Positions 10,400 to 21,481 are shown, counted from the first letter of the stretch. The stretch: DNA of 62,386 nucleotides from an uncultured Candidatus Saccharibacteria bacterium (GCA_964440545.1 CAYTSO010000004.1:1-62386); one strand, 5' to 3'. The notes: a model not told the origin generated them from the sequence alone. Numbers and translations: made by a program.

Positions 10400-10470
10400 C
10401 GGGCGATGAGGGAATCGAACCCCCGCCAAAGGTTTTGGAGACCTTCGTTCTACCACTAAACTAATCGCCC
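10400..10470 (-). tRNA. tRNA-Trp(CCA)
   Basis: The reverse complement is GGGCGATTAGTTTAGTGGTAGAACGAAGGTCTCCAAAACC.... Anticodon loop CTCCAAA; acceptor stem GGGCGAT/ATCGCCC. Confidence 0.9.
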
Positions 10471-10525
10471 TAAACTAAAAAACGACCTAAGGCCGTATTT
10501 AGTATAACAAAATTCCGTAAAAAAT

Positions 10526-10684
10526 CTATTTTTTTACTTCCTTGTGTTTGGTCTGCTTTTTGCACCACTTGCAGTATTTCTTGAGCTCGATTTTTTTAGT
10601 AACGAGTTTCTTGTTTTTACTAGACCAGTAATTAATCCTTTTACAGGTTCCGCAGCCAAGTTTTATAAGTCTATCTTGTGACAT
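10526..10684 (-). CDS. rpmG: 50S ribosomal protein L33 (52 aa; below the ORF-track size cutoff)
   Basis: My own translation gives [52 protein letters not shown], with CxxC...CxxC. It lies next to tRNA-Trp, as in many bacteria. Confidence 0.85.
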   Translation of the reverse strand: MSQDRLIKLGCGTCKRINYWSSKNKKLVTKKIELKKYCKWCKKQTKHKEVKK

Positions 10685-10742
10685 AGCTATAGATTAGTAT
10701 AAAAAGATCTTAAAAGCAACCCCTCAATACTTCCAGAAAGAT

Positions 10743-11882
10743 CTAAACAACAATTCTCGGGAGCAAGGAGCTAATTCGAGTAACCATCTCATAATTTACT
10801 GTGTTTATTCTTTTTGCCATCTCTTCGACGCTCATAGTTTCCTTTCCTTGCTTGCCTAAAATTATGACCTCGTCTTCAGCTTTAACATTTTTTAAATGAT
10901 TTACATCTACAACAATCATATTCATCATCACCCTGCCAAGCACCTTGCATTTTGTGCGATCAATCAGAACACAACCGTTGTTAGAAAAACCTCGATCAAA
11001 ACCATCAGCATAACCTTGTGGGATGATTGCAATTTTAGTTATTTTTTTTGTTTTATAGGTTAAACCGTAGCCTATGGTTCTGTTTTTTGGTAAAACTTTC
11101 ACTTGCGCAACCTTGGTTTTCCAGGTTAGTACTGGTTTTAAATCTAATCCAGATTTTTTGTAAAGCTTTTTTAAATATTCTGACGGCCATAAACCATAAG
11201 CACCTATACCAAGGCGAATTAATGAATTAATGCCTTTTTCTTTTTCATAAGCCAGAAGACCTGAGGTCGCAGAAATATGAGTTACTAAATTCCTGAAACC
11301 AAATTTTTCAGCCAATTTTATTGCACGAGTATATTCCTCTATTTGTTTTTGAGCATGAGAAAAATCTGGAGTATCTTCAATGTTGGCAAAATGAGCATAC
11401 ATACCAGTAAGCTTAATATTTTTGCATTTCTTTATTTCCTTAAAAATCTTCGGTAAATCCTCCAGCAGATAACCTTCCCTCCCTAAATATGCGTCAATGG
11501 GTAGGTGAATTTCTTGTTTTAGTTTTAGTTTTTTAGCAAATTTATTAATTTCCTTTAATTGTTCAAGGCTGAAAGCAGACAAAATACATTTGAGCTTCAT
11601 GGCGTGCCCTAGCTCATTTTTTTGAACATACCCCAAAACAAAAGTTTTTCTCTCGCTAGTTTTTCTTAGTAATTCCAATTCGGAAATACTATTCACTTGA
11701 AAATAGTCCACCCGTGAATCAAGGATTCCTACAACTTCATTCTGTCCGTGTCCGTAAGCATTTCCCTTTACAACCACAGAAAACTTTGTGCCCTTCTTGG
11801 CCAAATTTTTAAATTGTTTTATGTTGTGAATTAAATTTTTTTTTGATAATTCAACATGGGCCAAGGGTGAATTTTTTTTCAT
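10743..11882 (-). CDS. alr: Alanine racemase
   Basis: PLP-lysine motif VVKGNAYGHG; 379 aa. Confidence 0.9.
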   Translation of the reverse strand: MKKNSPLAHVELSKKNLIHNIKQFKNLAKKGTKFSVVVKGNAYGHGQNEVVGILDSRVDYFQVNSISELELLRKTSERKTFVLGYVQKNELGHAMKLKCILSAFSLEQLKEINKFAKKLKLKQEIHLPIDAYLGREGYLLEDLPKIFKEIKKCKNIKLTGMYAHFANIEDTPDFSHAQKQIEEYTRAIKLAEKFGFRNLVTHISATSGLLAYEKEKGINSLIRLGIGAYGLWPSEYLKKLYKKSGLDLKPVLTWKTKVAQVKVLPKNRTIGYGLTYKTKKITKIAIIPQGYADGFDRGFSNNGCVLIDRTKCKVLGRVMMNMIVVDVNHLKNVKAEDEVIILGKQGKETMSVEEMAKRINTVNYEMVTRISSLLPRIVV

Positions 11883-11888
11883 AAAATT

Positions 11889-12851
11889 TTATTTTACTGA
11901 AGTTCTTAATTTTTTTTCCTTCTCGAAACGTTCCAGGGCCAGCTCTATTAATCTGTCTAGGAGCTTAGTAACAGGAATTCCGCTAGCTTCCATTAATTTT
12001 GGATACATACTAATATCCGTAAATCCGGGAATTGTATTTATCTCGTTTACCACAATATTGCCATTCCTTTTTAGAAAAAAATCTACTCGGCTCATTCCTT
12101 CGCAATTAAGCACATTAAATGTTTTGATTGCCAGTTCTTGTATATTTCTAGCGGCCCTTTTGCTGATTTTTGCAGGGATTACTGTTACAGACCCCTTGTC
12201 AATATATTTAGCGTCGTATGAATAAAAATCTTGGTTAGCAACAATCTCTCCAGGCACTGATGCCATTGCGTGTTCGTTGCCAAGCACTGCGCACTCTATT
12301 TCGCGTCCAGGAATAAATTCCTCAACTATAATTTTAGTGTCATATTTAAAGGCTTCAGCAACTCCTTTTTTAAATTCGTTTTCATTTCGCACTTTATTTA
12401 TACCAACGGAAGAACCCATATTTGCTGGTTTTATAAACATTGGTAGGCCAAGATCATTTCTTGTTTTTTTAAAATTTAATTTCTCATTTTTTCTAATGGC
12501 AATAAATTTACCAATCGGGATTTTTGCATCTCTTAAAATTCTTTTTGTTATTTCCTTGTCCATCCCAACCGCTGAACCCAACACGCTTGGACCTACAAAT
12601 GGAATCTCAGAAAGTTTCAAAAATCCCTGCATGCTTCCGTCCTCGCCGAATGGCCCATGCAGTACTGGAAAAATTACATCGACTTTTTTTACAACAGAGA
12701 AATCAAATTTACCATTTTTGCTTATTTTAATAGGAAATATTTGATATTTATTTTTATCTAATGCTTTAATAACATTCCACGCTGAACTAACAGAGACTTC
12801 ATGCTCTGCAGATTTTCCACCAAACAGCACCCCGATTCTTAGTCTCCTCAT
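11889..12851 (-). CDS. ddl: D-alanine--D-alanine ligase
   Basis: N-terminus [14 protein letters not shown]; ATP-grasp fold; EINTIPGFT near the C-terminus. Confidence 0.9.
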   Translation of the reverse strand: MRRLRIGVLFGGKSAEHEVSVSSAWNVIKALDKNKYQIFPIKISKNGKFDFSVVKKVDVIFPVLHGPFGEDGSMQGFLKLSEIPFVGPSVLGSAVGMDKEITKRILRDAKIPIGKFIAIRKNEKLNFKKTRNDLGLPMFIKPANMGSSVGINKVRNENEFKKGVAEAFKYDTKIIVEEFIPGREIECAVLGNEHAMASVPGEIVANQDFYSYDAKYIDKGSVTVIPAKISKRAARNIQELAIKTFNVLNCEGMSRVDFFLKRNGNIVVNEINTIPGFTDISMYPKLMEASGIPVTKLLDRLIELALERFEKEKKLRTSVK

Positions 12852-12852
12852 T

Positions 12853-13992
12853 TTAGAACATTTTTATTACATCGTGATAAGTAATAACAATTAATAGAAG
12901 AATCAGCAAATAGAATCCAATCGCATTCATTGTGTTAGCAATTTTCGGGTTCATGCGCGAACCTTTAATTTTTTCAATCAAGAGAAACAAAAGCCGTCCA
13001 CCGTCCAACGCTGGAAACGGCAATAAGTTAATTATTGCTAAATTTATTGATATTAGGGCCGTAAATGACATCAGGTACACAAAGCCAAATCTATAGGCAT
13101 CTCCTACTATTCCGGCTATACCAACTGGGCCAGCAATGGAATCGAAGCTTCCTTTGCCCTGTATCCCCTCTTTTACGAGCGTAAAAAGCCCTACAACGGT
13201 TCCAATAGTCATTTGCAGGGTTAGGCGCATTCCTTCCCAAAGGGCAGTAAAAAATGGCAATTTGGCTGTTCCAATTTGGTCCATGGAAATACCAATTTTG
13301 AACTTATTATCTGTAGGGTCCATAATTGGAGAAATTTCGGCTGAATATATTTCTGTGCTTTTTCCTCGGGTATACTCAAGATTAATTTCTTCCCCGTCGC
13401 TTTCTGTCACAAAGGAAATAATTGTTTCTGGGGTAATTTCTTCTGCAACAATCTCTCCTTTTCTTATACTGATAATTTTATCGCCAATTTTTAGCCCAGC
13501 TGTTTCAGCCGGTGATTCTGTTTTCACTGAAGTAATTACTAAATTTATATTTGACAGTTCTTGTCCAGCAATTTCGCTTCCAACGGAAGTTGGAAGTCCC
13601 GACATAAAACCAAAAGAAAACAACAACCACGCCAACAGAAGGTTGGCAAAAATTCCAGCAACTAGCACTAGAGATTGTTGCCATCTTGGTTTATTTGCCA
13701 GACTTCTTTTTGCTAAGGCCGTTTTTTCAGGAGTTTTATCTTTATCCAGAAAACCAACTTCTAGTGTATCTGCTTCGTCAAGATTTTCGCCAAAGATTTT
13801 TACAAATCCCCCCAGGGGCAATAAATTAATCGTATATTCTGTTTCGCCGAATTTTTTTCCAAACAGTTTAGGGGGAAAACCAAAACCAAATTCGTCAACC
13901 CGAATTCCAAAACTTTTTGCGGTAAAAAAATGCCCACATTCATGAACAAGTACAAGCACCAATAGAACGACAATAAAAATTATAATGCTCAT
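12853..13992 (-). CDS. rseP: RIP site-2 metalloprotease RseP
   Basis: HECGH zinc motif, PDZ region, [11 protein letters not shown] motif. Confidence 0.85.
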   Translation of the reverse strand: MSIIIFIVVLLVLVLVHECGHFFTAKSFGIRVDEFGFGFPPKLFGKKFGETEYTINLLPLGGFVKIFGENLDEADTLEVGFLDKDKTPEKTALAKRSLANKPRWQQSLVLVAGIFANLLLAWLLFSFGFMSGLPTSVGSEIAGQELSNINLVITSVKTESPAETAGLKIGDKIISIRKGEIVAEEITPETIISFVTESDGEEINLEYTRGKSTEIYSAEISPIMDPTDNKFKIGISMDQIGTAKLPFFTALWEGMRLTLQMTIGTVVGLFTLVKEGIQGKGSFDSIAGPVGIAGIVGDAYRFGFVYLMSFTALISINLAIINLLPFPALDGGRLLFLLIEKIKGSRMNPKIANTMNAIGFYLLILLLIVITYHDVIKMF

Positions 13993-13999
13993 TTATTTT

Positions 14000-14551
14000 T
14001 TAACCCATTACTTCCTTTTCCTTCTTTTCAAAAATTTTTTCTAGGTTTGTGTTAGCCTCATTGGTAATTTTTTGTAACTCTTCCTTAGCTCGAAATCTTT
14101 CATCTTCGGTCATCTTTCCTTCTTTTTCCATTTTTTCTATATCCCCTTGGATTGTCTCTCTTTCTCTGCGCACAGCTATTCTTTGTTCCTCTAATTTTTC
14201 CTTTAAAACTTTTACTAAAGCTTGCCTTGTTTCTGTGGTTTGCTGAGGAAAAATAACCCTTATCCCCGTATCGTCAACCGCGACAGATAGGCCTAAATTC
14301 GAGGCAACTATCGCTTTTTCAATTCCTTTAATTTGAGTTTTATCCCAAGGTGCAATCCGTAAAGTCTTTGGATCCTCAATGGATACAGATGCCACATTTT
14401 TGATTGGCACACGCGAACCATATGATTCAACTAAAATACCATCTAAAACCATAGGCGAAGCACGCCCGATGTTAAGCTGACTATATTCCTTACCCAAAAA
14501 ATCCTCTATTTTTTTAAGTTCTGTTTTAAAGTTTGAAAAATTGTATTGCAT
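14000..14551 (-). CDS. frr: Ribosome recycling factor
   Basis: 183 aa with typical RRF sequence (GRASPMVLDGILVESYG). Confidence 0.95.
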   Translation of the reverse strand: MQYNFSNFKTELKKIEDFLGKEYSQLNIGRASPMVLDGILVESYGSRVPIKNVASVSIEDPKTLRIAPWDKTQIKGIEKAIVASNLGLSVAVDDTGIRVIFPQQTTETRQALVKVLKEKLEEQRIAVRRERETIQGDIEKMEKEGKMTEDERFRAKEELQKITNEANTNLEKIFEKKEKEVMG

Positions 14552-14573
14552 ACTCTTATTTTAGCATAAAAAA

Positions 14574-15299
14574 TTATTTTAATAAATTTGGCACTACCAT
14601 AGCTACTGATTCCAGTAAACTTTTTGTTGAAGACCCTGGCATGCGGAGGAATTCTCGAACCTTGAAAAAATGCTCAAATACTTTCGTGTCAAAGATATTC
14701 TTTGGCGTTATGTTTCTGTGCAAAGTTGACTCAAGTGAATTTAAAAATCTTAAAGCACTGGCTCGAGCCGAATCAGTCATAATAATTTCACCTTCTTCTT
14801 CATCAACTTTTTCCTCTTCGATCAATAATTCTTTTATAAAATTAATTCTGTCTCTTAAGGGCATGGCAATGAATTTTTTTGCCTCTATGTTTTTGTCACT
14901 TATTTTATTCTCCGGTTTGATTAAATAAAATCTAGAAATAACGGTTTTTAAAAGCATGTTAATATCTGGAACAATTAAAAAAAAGTGGCTATTTTCTGTT
15001 GGTTCTTCAAACATTTTTAATAAGACATTTTGCGCATCCAAAGATATGGTGTTGGCAAAGATTGTGAATATTTTTTTCGACGAAGAAAAGCTTTTATCAA
15101 AAGACATGGCGCGTAATTCAAGAGCTTCATTAATCTTGAAGTTATCTATAGAAATACTGACAAAGTCAGGGTTGCCAGATGTTTTAATATTTATACTCTC
15201 ACAAAATTTAAAAATTTCTGGAACGATTATGTCCCGAGCTCCTTCAATCAAATAGGCATGGTGGAGATTTTTTTTATCTAAATGTTCAAAAATGGCCAT
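14574..15299 (-). CDS. holB: DNA polymerase III delta-prime-like clamp-loader subunit
   Basis: HAYLIEG and LLKMFEEP motifs; no Walker A, which is common in delta-prime. Confidence 0.6.
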   Translation of the reverse strand: MAIFEHLDKKNLHHAYLIEGARDIIVPEIFKFCESINIKTSGNPDFVSISIDNFKINEALELRAMSFDKSFSSSKKIFTIFANTISLDAQNVLLKMFEEPTENSHFFLIVPDINMLLKTVISRFYLIKPENKISDKNIEAKKFIAMPLRDRINFIKELLIEEEKVDEEEGEIIMTDSARASALRFLNSLESTLHRNITPKNIFDTKVFEHFFKVREFLRMPGSSTKSLLESVAMVVPNLLK

Positions 15300-16336
15300 T
15301 ACCTTTTACTTAAAACTGTTTTTTTATAAACATCTAAATGCTCTAGAGCAATACCGGTGCCCTTAACAACGCAAAATAAAGCATCATCTGCCAATACAGC
15401 CTTAACGCCTGTTTTTCTATAAACCAAATCAGGAAAATTGCGTAATTGCGAAGATCCGCCGGTCATAATAATACCGTGATCGATAATATCTGACGCAAGT
15501 TCTGGGGGGGTCTCTTGCAAAACATCCTTTATTGCTTTTATAACTTGTTTTAATTCGGAATCAATTGCTTTTACAATTTCATTGGTTCCTATTTGAGCAG
15601 ACCTAGGCAAGCCTTGAATATAGTCTCTTCCCTTAATAGTTACACGTAGTTCTTCCTCCAAGGGCACTGCCGCGCCAATTTTAATTTTTACCTCCTCTGC
15701 CGTCCTGTCTCCAATCGCTAGATTGAAGGTTTTTTTAATGTAATCCGCAATAGCTGCATCAATTTTATTTCCGGCAAATTTTACTGAGGTAGAAGCAACA
15801 ATCCCCCCTAAGGAAATAACGGCTACATCTGTCGTTCCCCCCCCAATATCTACAACCATATAACCTTTTGATTCGTGAATCGGAATTCCTGCGCCTATTG
15901 CTGCTAAGATTGGTTCCTTCACAACGTATGCACTTTTTGCTCCAGCTCGCACAGCTGCTTCCACAACCGCCCGTCTTTCGGTGGAGGTAACCCCTGCTGG
16001 CACAGAAACCATCACATCCGGTTTAAATAAATTAAATTTTCCCATTGCCTTGCCTATAAAATAACGGAGCATAGCTTCTGTTACTCTATAGTCTGCAATG
16101 ACCCCATCTTTCATTGGACAATAGGTAATAATAGTGTCGGGCGTTTTACCTATCATTCCCTTCGCTTCAAGACCAATTGCTAAAATTTTATTATCTTGCT
16201 CAGAAACTGCTACCACAGAAGGTTCATTTAAAACTATCCCCTTTCCGGGCATATACACTAATGTATTAGCTGTACCCAAATCTATTCCTAGTTTGCGTGA
16301 AAAAATTCCCATAGGGGTAATATAACATAATTCCAT
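15299..16336 (-). CDS. mreB: Rod shape-determining actin homolog MreB
   Basis: GIDLGTANT and DIGGGTTD motifs. An alternative start is ATG 16312 (MGIFSRK). Confidence 0.9.
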   Translation of the reverse strand: MELCYITPMGIFSRKLGIDLGTANTLVYMPGKGIVLNEPSVVAVSEQDNKILAIGLEAKGMIGKTPDTIITYCPMKDGVIADYRVTEAMLRYFIGKAMGKFNLFKPDVMVSVPAGVTSTERRAVVEAAVRAGAKSAYVVKEPILAAIGAGIPIHESKGYMVVDIGGGTTDVAVISLGGIVASTSVKFAGNKIDAAIADYIKKTFNLAIGDRTAEEVKIKIGAAVPLEEELRVTIKGRDYIQGLPRSAQIGTNEIVKAIDSELKQVIKAIKDVLQETPPELASDIIDHGIIMTGGSSQLRNFPDLVYRKTGVKAVLADDALFCVVKGTGIALEHLDVYKKTVLSKR

Positions 16337-16344
16337 GCTAGAAT
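16336..16344 (+). promoter_or_regulatory. Extended -10 element for priA, 6 nt upstream of the ATG (leaderless candidate)
   Basis: TGcTAGAAT at 16336-16344, then gaaagc, then ATG 16351. Confidence 0.45.
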
Positions 16345-16350
16345 GAAAGC

Positions 16351-18291
16351 ATGAAAATAATATCGGTAATTCCGCTCCAAAAGGGTATTTTGAAGGGTGA
16401 TTTGACCTACTTTACCAATTTGAACGTATCTGTCGGCGATATTGTTGTTGTACCCTTAAGGAGTAAAAAAGTTCTAGCCCTGGCAACCTCCATAGAGGAA
16501 CTTAGGGAGGCAAAAAGCAATGTAAGAGGAATGAAATTTAACCTAAAAAAAATATTAGAAAACAAGGGAAAATCTGTTTTTTCAAGTGAATTTTTATACT
16601 CCATTTTTGATACCAGTAAATATTTTGCACAGAATATAAACAATACTTTGGTATCATTAATACCAAACACATTTTTAGAGGAGTACGAAAAAATAATAAA
16701 AATAAAGAACAAATCAGTCATAAAAAAAGGTAACATAGAAAATACAAAAAAAATAAAAGCAGAAAAATTATTATTCCAGTACAGAACCGAAGATCGTATT
16801 TCTGTCTACAGAACCCTGATTCGCGAATCTTTTGCCAGAAACAAATCAATCGTCATGGTTTTGCCAACCCAATTTGATATAGAAAAATTTGAGAAGCAAT
16901 TATCACGAGGCATCGAGCAATTTACTTTTGTTGTGCATAGCGGAAATACTGCAAAGAAAAACTTATTGACTTATGAAAAAATAATTAGTTCCGATCACCC
17001 GGTTTTTATCTTATGTACTCCGCCGTTTCTTGCAATCCCAAGAAAGGACATTAATACAATAATTTTGGAACGGGAAAACTCAAATGCGTATAGAACTATA
17101 TCCAGGCCACATCTTGATCTGAGAATTTTTGTGGAAATTTATGCTTCAAGAATAAACGCTCGACTTATTATTGCTGATGATATTCTTCGCTACGAAACAA
17201 TTGAACGGAAAAATACAGACGATCTGGCCCCCTTACACCCCTTATCTTTTAGGACTGATTTTACAGGCGAAATTGAGGTATTCGGAAGACAAAAAAGAAA
17301 TGACAAAAAATTCAGTATTTTTAGCAACGAAAGTATAAAGGAAATTAAATTTGCCCTAGAAAACAAGAGGAATGTTTTTATTTTTTCACTAAGAAAAGGA
17401 CTTGCGACCATGACCGTATGCAAAGACTGTCACGAAACAGTAAATTGTGAAGCGTGCGGAGCACCACTGGTTTTATATTTATCTCATAAGGGTAAAAAGA
17501 GAATGTTTGTCTGCAATAGGTGTGAGAAGGAAATTGGCGGTGATATCGCTTGTGCTTCTTGTGGGAGCTGGAATTTAATACCGCTTGGAATTGGTACTGA
17601 TAGTGTGCAAGAAGAGATAAAAAAGCTCTTTCCAAAAAATAATATTTTTAAGTTAGATAAAGAGTCTGCCAAATCAACCTCTGGAGCAAAAAAAATAATA
17701 AGTGAATTTGAGAAGGCGAAGGGAGCAATCCTTGTTGGTACTGAAATGACTTTCTTTTATCTCAAAGAAAAAGTTTCACTTTCAGTCATTGCCTCCTTTG
17801 ATTCGCTCTGGAGCATTCCAAATTTTAAGATGGGAGAAAAAATTGTAAGAATTTTGTTTTCAGTGATCGAAAACACCAAGGAGAAAATTATTATCCAGAC
17901 GAAAAACAAAGAAGATTCAGCTATTCTCGCAATTAAATCCGGCAATTTACTTTCCTTTGTGCGAGAAGAATTAGACAATAGGCGTGAATTAAATTACCCT
18001 CCCTTTAGACGTTTTATAAAAATAACTCACCTGGGAACGAAAGATCAAACCATTAAAGCAAGAGAAGAGTTAAAAGAAATTTTTCAAGAATATTCTCCAG
18101 AAATATATAGCGGTTTTATAACTAAATTAAAAAATAAATATGTCACAAACGCTTTAATAAAAATTGATACGCGTAAGTGGTCCTTGCCGGAGCTTAAGGA
18201 AGACGCTTCAATCGATGAAAATTTGCTCAAAAAATTAACCGCCCTCCCAACGTCTTTTGATGTTTTGATAGATCCAGAAGATTTGTTGTAA
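16351..18291 (+). CDS. priA: Primosomal protein N' (PriA) homolog with degenerate ATPase/helicase motifs
   Basis: Four CxxC pairs are retained (CKDCHETVNCEACG...CNRCEKE...CASCGS), as is the NYPPF tail. LLFQYRTEDRIS replaces Walker A, and IILERENS replaces DEEH. Confidence 0.8.
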   Translation: MKIISVIPLQKGILKGDLTYFTNLNVSVGDIVVVPLRSKKVLALATSIEELREAKSNVRGMKFNLKKILENKGKSVFSSEFLYSIFDTSKYFAQNINNTLVSLIPNTFLEEYEKIIKIKNKSVIKKGNIENTKKIKAEKLLFQYRTEDRISVYRTLIRESFARNKSIVMVLPTQFDIEKFEKQLSRGIEQFTFVVHSGNTAKKNLLTYEKIISSDHPVFILCTPPFLAIPRKDINTIILERENSNAYRTISRPHLDLRIFVEIYASRINARLIIADDILRYETIERKNTDDLAPLHPLSFRTDFTGEIEVFGRQKRNDKKFSIFSNESIKEIKFALENKRNVFIFSLRKGLATMTVCKDCHETVNCEACGAPLVLYLSHKGKKRMFVCNRCEKEIGGDIACASCGSWNLIPLGIGTDSVQEEIKKLFPKNNIFKLDKESAKSTSGAKKIISEFEKAKGAILVGTEMTFFYLKEKVSLSVIASFDSLWSIPNFKMGEKIVRILFSVIENTKEKIIIQTKNKEDSAILAIKSGNLLSFVREELDNRRELNYPPFRRFIKITHLGTKDQTIKAREELKEIFQEYSPEIYSGFITKLKNKYVTNALIKIDTRKWSLPELKEDASIDENLLKKLTALPTSFDVLIDPEDLL

Positions 18292-18295
18292 TTTT

Positions 18296-18970
18296 TTACG
18301 AAACAATAACTGTAAATTCCCCTCTTTGTTTGTCTTTGTTGGCACTGAAATACTCTAAAACCTTTTCTGGAGTTCCAGTTTTGAACTCTTCGTAAATTTT
18401 TGTAAGCTCGCGAGCGATACAAACATTTTTGTCTGGACAAAACTTAGCGAGTGATTCTAGAGTTTTTAGAATTCTATGCGGTGACTCGTAAAAAACCATT
18501 GTGCGTTTTGATTCTGCAATTTCTTTAAATAAAGTTTCCCTACCTTTCTTGTGTGGTAAAAAACCAAGAAATGTGAATTCGTGTGTGGGTAAGCCGGAAC
18601 CAGATAATGCGGTTATCAATGCCGTTGCTCCAGGAATCGGAATCACATTTACGCCATTGTTAAAATGCTCTTTAATTTTTGACACAAGCAAGGCTCCTGG
18701 ATCAGAAATCCCGGGTGTTCCAGCATCAGAGACCAGAGCAAGATTCTTCCCTTCTTCTAATAATTCAAAAATTTTATCGGTTTTTGCAAGCTTGCTTTGA
18801 GCGTGATAGCTCATCGTTGGTTTACTAATATTATATTTATCTAAAATCTTTTTTGTTTCCCTGGTATCCTCACACAAAATCAAATCAACACTTTTCAGTG
18901 TTTCAATTGCTCGGAGTGTGATATCTCCCATATTCCCAATCGGCGTCGCTACTATGTAAAATTTAGACAT
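18296..18970 (-). CDS. rsmI: 16S rRNA (cytidine1402-2'-O)-methyltransferase
   Basis: FYIVATPIGNMGDITLRAIETLKSVDLILCEDTR. Confidence 0.9.
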   Translation of the reverse strand: MSKFYIVATPIGNMGDITLRAIETLKSVDLILCEDTRETKKILDKYNISKPTMSYHAQSKLAKTDKIFELLEEGKNLALVSDAGTPGISDPGALLVSKIKEHFNNGVNVIPIPGATALITALSGSGLPTHEFTFLGFLPHKKGRETLFKEIAESKRTMVFYESPHRILKTLESLAKFCPDKNVCIARELTKIYEEFKTGTPEKVLEYFSANKDKQRGEFTVIVS

Positions 18971-18974
18971 AAAT

Positions 18975-19418
18975 TTATTTTCTTTGATATTTTCCCATTA
19001 ATTCTGCTTCTGCTAAAATATGTCCCTGCATAGCGTTGACCAATTCCGCAGAGCCTGATGAGGTGGGAAGGTCGAACATTGTGTCTAGGGCATATAGTTT
19101 TAAAAAATATCGATGCGAATTTTGGGGCGGGCACGGTCCGTCATATTCATTCTTGGGCCAGCTGTTTTGCCCTTGCACTGCACCAGAGGGAACACTATTT
19201 TCTGCAATGTTGGTGGTATTTGGAGAAATGTTCCACATAACCCAGTGATCCCAGGTAACCCCGCGAGTGGCATCTGGATCATCCATAATAAGTGCTAAGC
19301 TTTTGGCGTCCCCTGGAACATTAGTAATAAGAAATGGCGGATTAATATTTTCTCCATCACAAGTATATTTGCTCGGAATTAAACCGCCATTTTCAAATGC
19401 ACCACTTATTATATTCAT
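18975..19418 (-). CDS. YbhB/YbcL family Raf-kinase-inhibitor-like (PEBP) protein
   Basis: 147 aa; YTCDGENINPPF and a PPQNSHRY-type PEBP motif. Confidence 0.8.
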   Translation of the reverse strand: MNIISGAFENGGLIPSKYTCDGENINPPFLITNVPGDAKSLALIMDDPDATRGVTWDHWVMWNISPNTTNIAENSVPSGAVQGQNSWPKNEYDGPCPPQNSHRYFLKLYALDTMFDLPTSSGSAELVNAMQGHILAEAELMGKYQRK

Positions 19419-19440
19419 ACTAATATATTAACACAAATAA

Positions 19441-19476
19441 AAAAGACCCCGAGCGGTGTAAACACGTCTCGGGGTC
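19441..19476 (-). terminator. Intrinsic terminator
   Basis: On the minus strand, GACCCCGAG(ACGTGTTTACACCG)CTCGGGGTC is followed by TTTT. It lies 23 nt upstream of the PEBP ATG. Confidence 0.7.
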
Positions 19477-19477
19477 A

Positions 19478-19510
19478 CTATTTGGGACTAGCCCTGGCCA
19501 TATTGGCCAT
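19478..19510 (-). CDS. Candidate 10-codon leader micro-ORF (MANMARASPK)
   Basis: AGGAGG (19517-19522), 6-nt spacer, ATG 19510. The TAG stop ends 1 nt before the terminator stem. Confidence 0.2.
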   Translation of the reverse strand: MANMARASPK

Positions 19511-19610
19511 AACTCACCTCCTTGCCCGCCTGGGCGGTTTGATTGGGTGATGGCGTGTCCTCTGTTGGCCGTCGGGACCGCCGTTTTTGGGGCTAAGAAC
19601 GACTAGGAGG

Positions 19611-19639
19611 AGTATAGCATACTCTATAATTCTTGTCAA
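19611..19639 (-). promoter_or_regulatory. Near-consensus sigma70 promoter with an extended -10
   Basis: On the minus strand: TTGACA (19639-19634), 17-nt spacer ending in TGc, TATACT (19616-19611). It starts 4 nt after the atpC stop codon. Confidence 0.6.
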
Positions 19640-19642
19640 GTG

Positions 19643-20092
19643 CTATTTCCTGTATTTACGGTTGCGCCACTTATCGGCGATTTTAACACGATTGAGCGAA
19701 CGCTCAAGTTCTGCTTCAAAATGTTCAAAGTCAACGTGTTCTTTGTTCTCCATCAACTTCTTCAGCTCTTCTGCTCGCGCTTTCGCTTGCTCGATCTTCT
19801 CGTCGTGGAGCTCTGACACGTACTCTGCAAAATCAGCCAGTACCGCAACTTCGGTCTCTCCTTTTTCATTTTTTTTGACTTCAACAAAACCGCCCACCAC
19901 CGCCATGGGCACCTGCTCCCCTTTTGCAAGAGCGACTACGTCTCCTGACGTTAACCCAGCCACTAATGGGATGTGATTCGGAAGAATAGTAATTTCGCCC
20001 AAAGTCGTGGGTAAACTTACTTGATCAACCATTTCCTCTAAAACCAGTCTTTCGGGTGTTACTATTTTTAATTTTAATTGCTTGGTGCTCAT
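19643..20092 (-). CDS. atpC: F1 ATP synthase epsilon subunit
   Basis: Last gene of the atp operon; 149 aa with typical N-terminal beta-sandwich sequence. Confidence 0.9.
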   Translation of the reverse strand: MSTKQLKLKIVTPERLVLEEMVDQVSLPTTLGEITILPNHIPLVAGLTSGDVVALAKGEQVPMAVVGGFVEVKKNEKGETEVAVLADFAEYVSELHDEKIEQAKARAEELKKLMENKEHVDFEHFEAELERSLNRVKIADKWRNRKYRK

Positions 20093-20094
20093 CT

Positions 20095-21456
<1,362 letters not shown>

Positions 21457-21481
21457 TTAATAATTTAATAATAATATTTTA

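Larger units (their letters stand above)
19441..19604 (-). ncRNA. Unclassified GC-rich structured transcript: either a stand-alone sRNA or a regulatory leader of the PEBP/rsmI unit
   Basis: Bounded by its own promoter (19611-19639) and terminator. I counted 102/180 G+C (57%) for 19441-19620. Local helices include CCGCC-CAG-GGCGG, GGCCA-UAU-UGGCC and CCAUCACC/GGUG..AUGG. I could not match it to any family. Confidence 0.45.

Noticed and set aside
13136-13945. Long antisense ORFs opposite real genes. Examples are 269 aa opposite rseP, 4486-5013 opposite parB, 28852-29397 opposite the FecR-like gene, 36069-36542 opposite gatB, 56180-56614 opposite ftsZ and 25389-25820 opposite atpB.
   Set aside because: Their translations are Ser/Pro/Ile-rich, low-complexity and typical of shadow frames. 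They have no SD or promoter of their own, and each lies fully inside a well-supported conserved gene on the other strand.
19441-19604. Assignment of the GC-rich RNA to SRP/4.5S, RNase P, tmRNA, or the ZTP or fluoride riboswitches
   Set aside because: It lacks the SRP domain IV motif (GGAA tetraloop with AGCA), the RNase P GAGGAAAGUCC motif and a tRNA-like tmRNA end. The CCGCCTGGGC resemblance to ZTP is on the plus strand, where there is no downstream gene. The fluoride-motif resemblance (AAACCGCC) is partial only.
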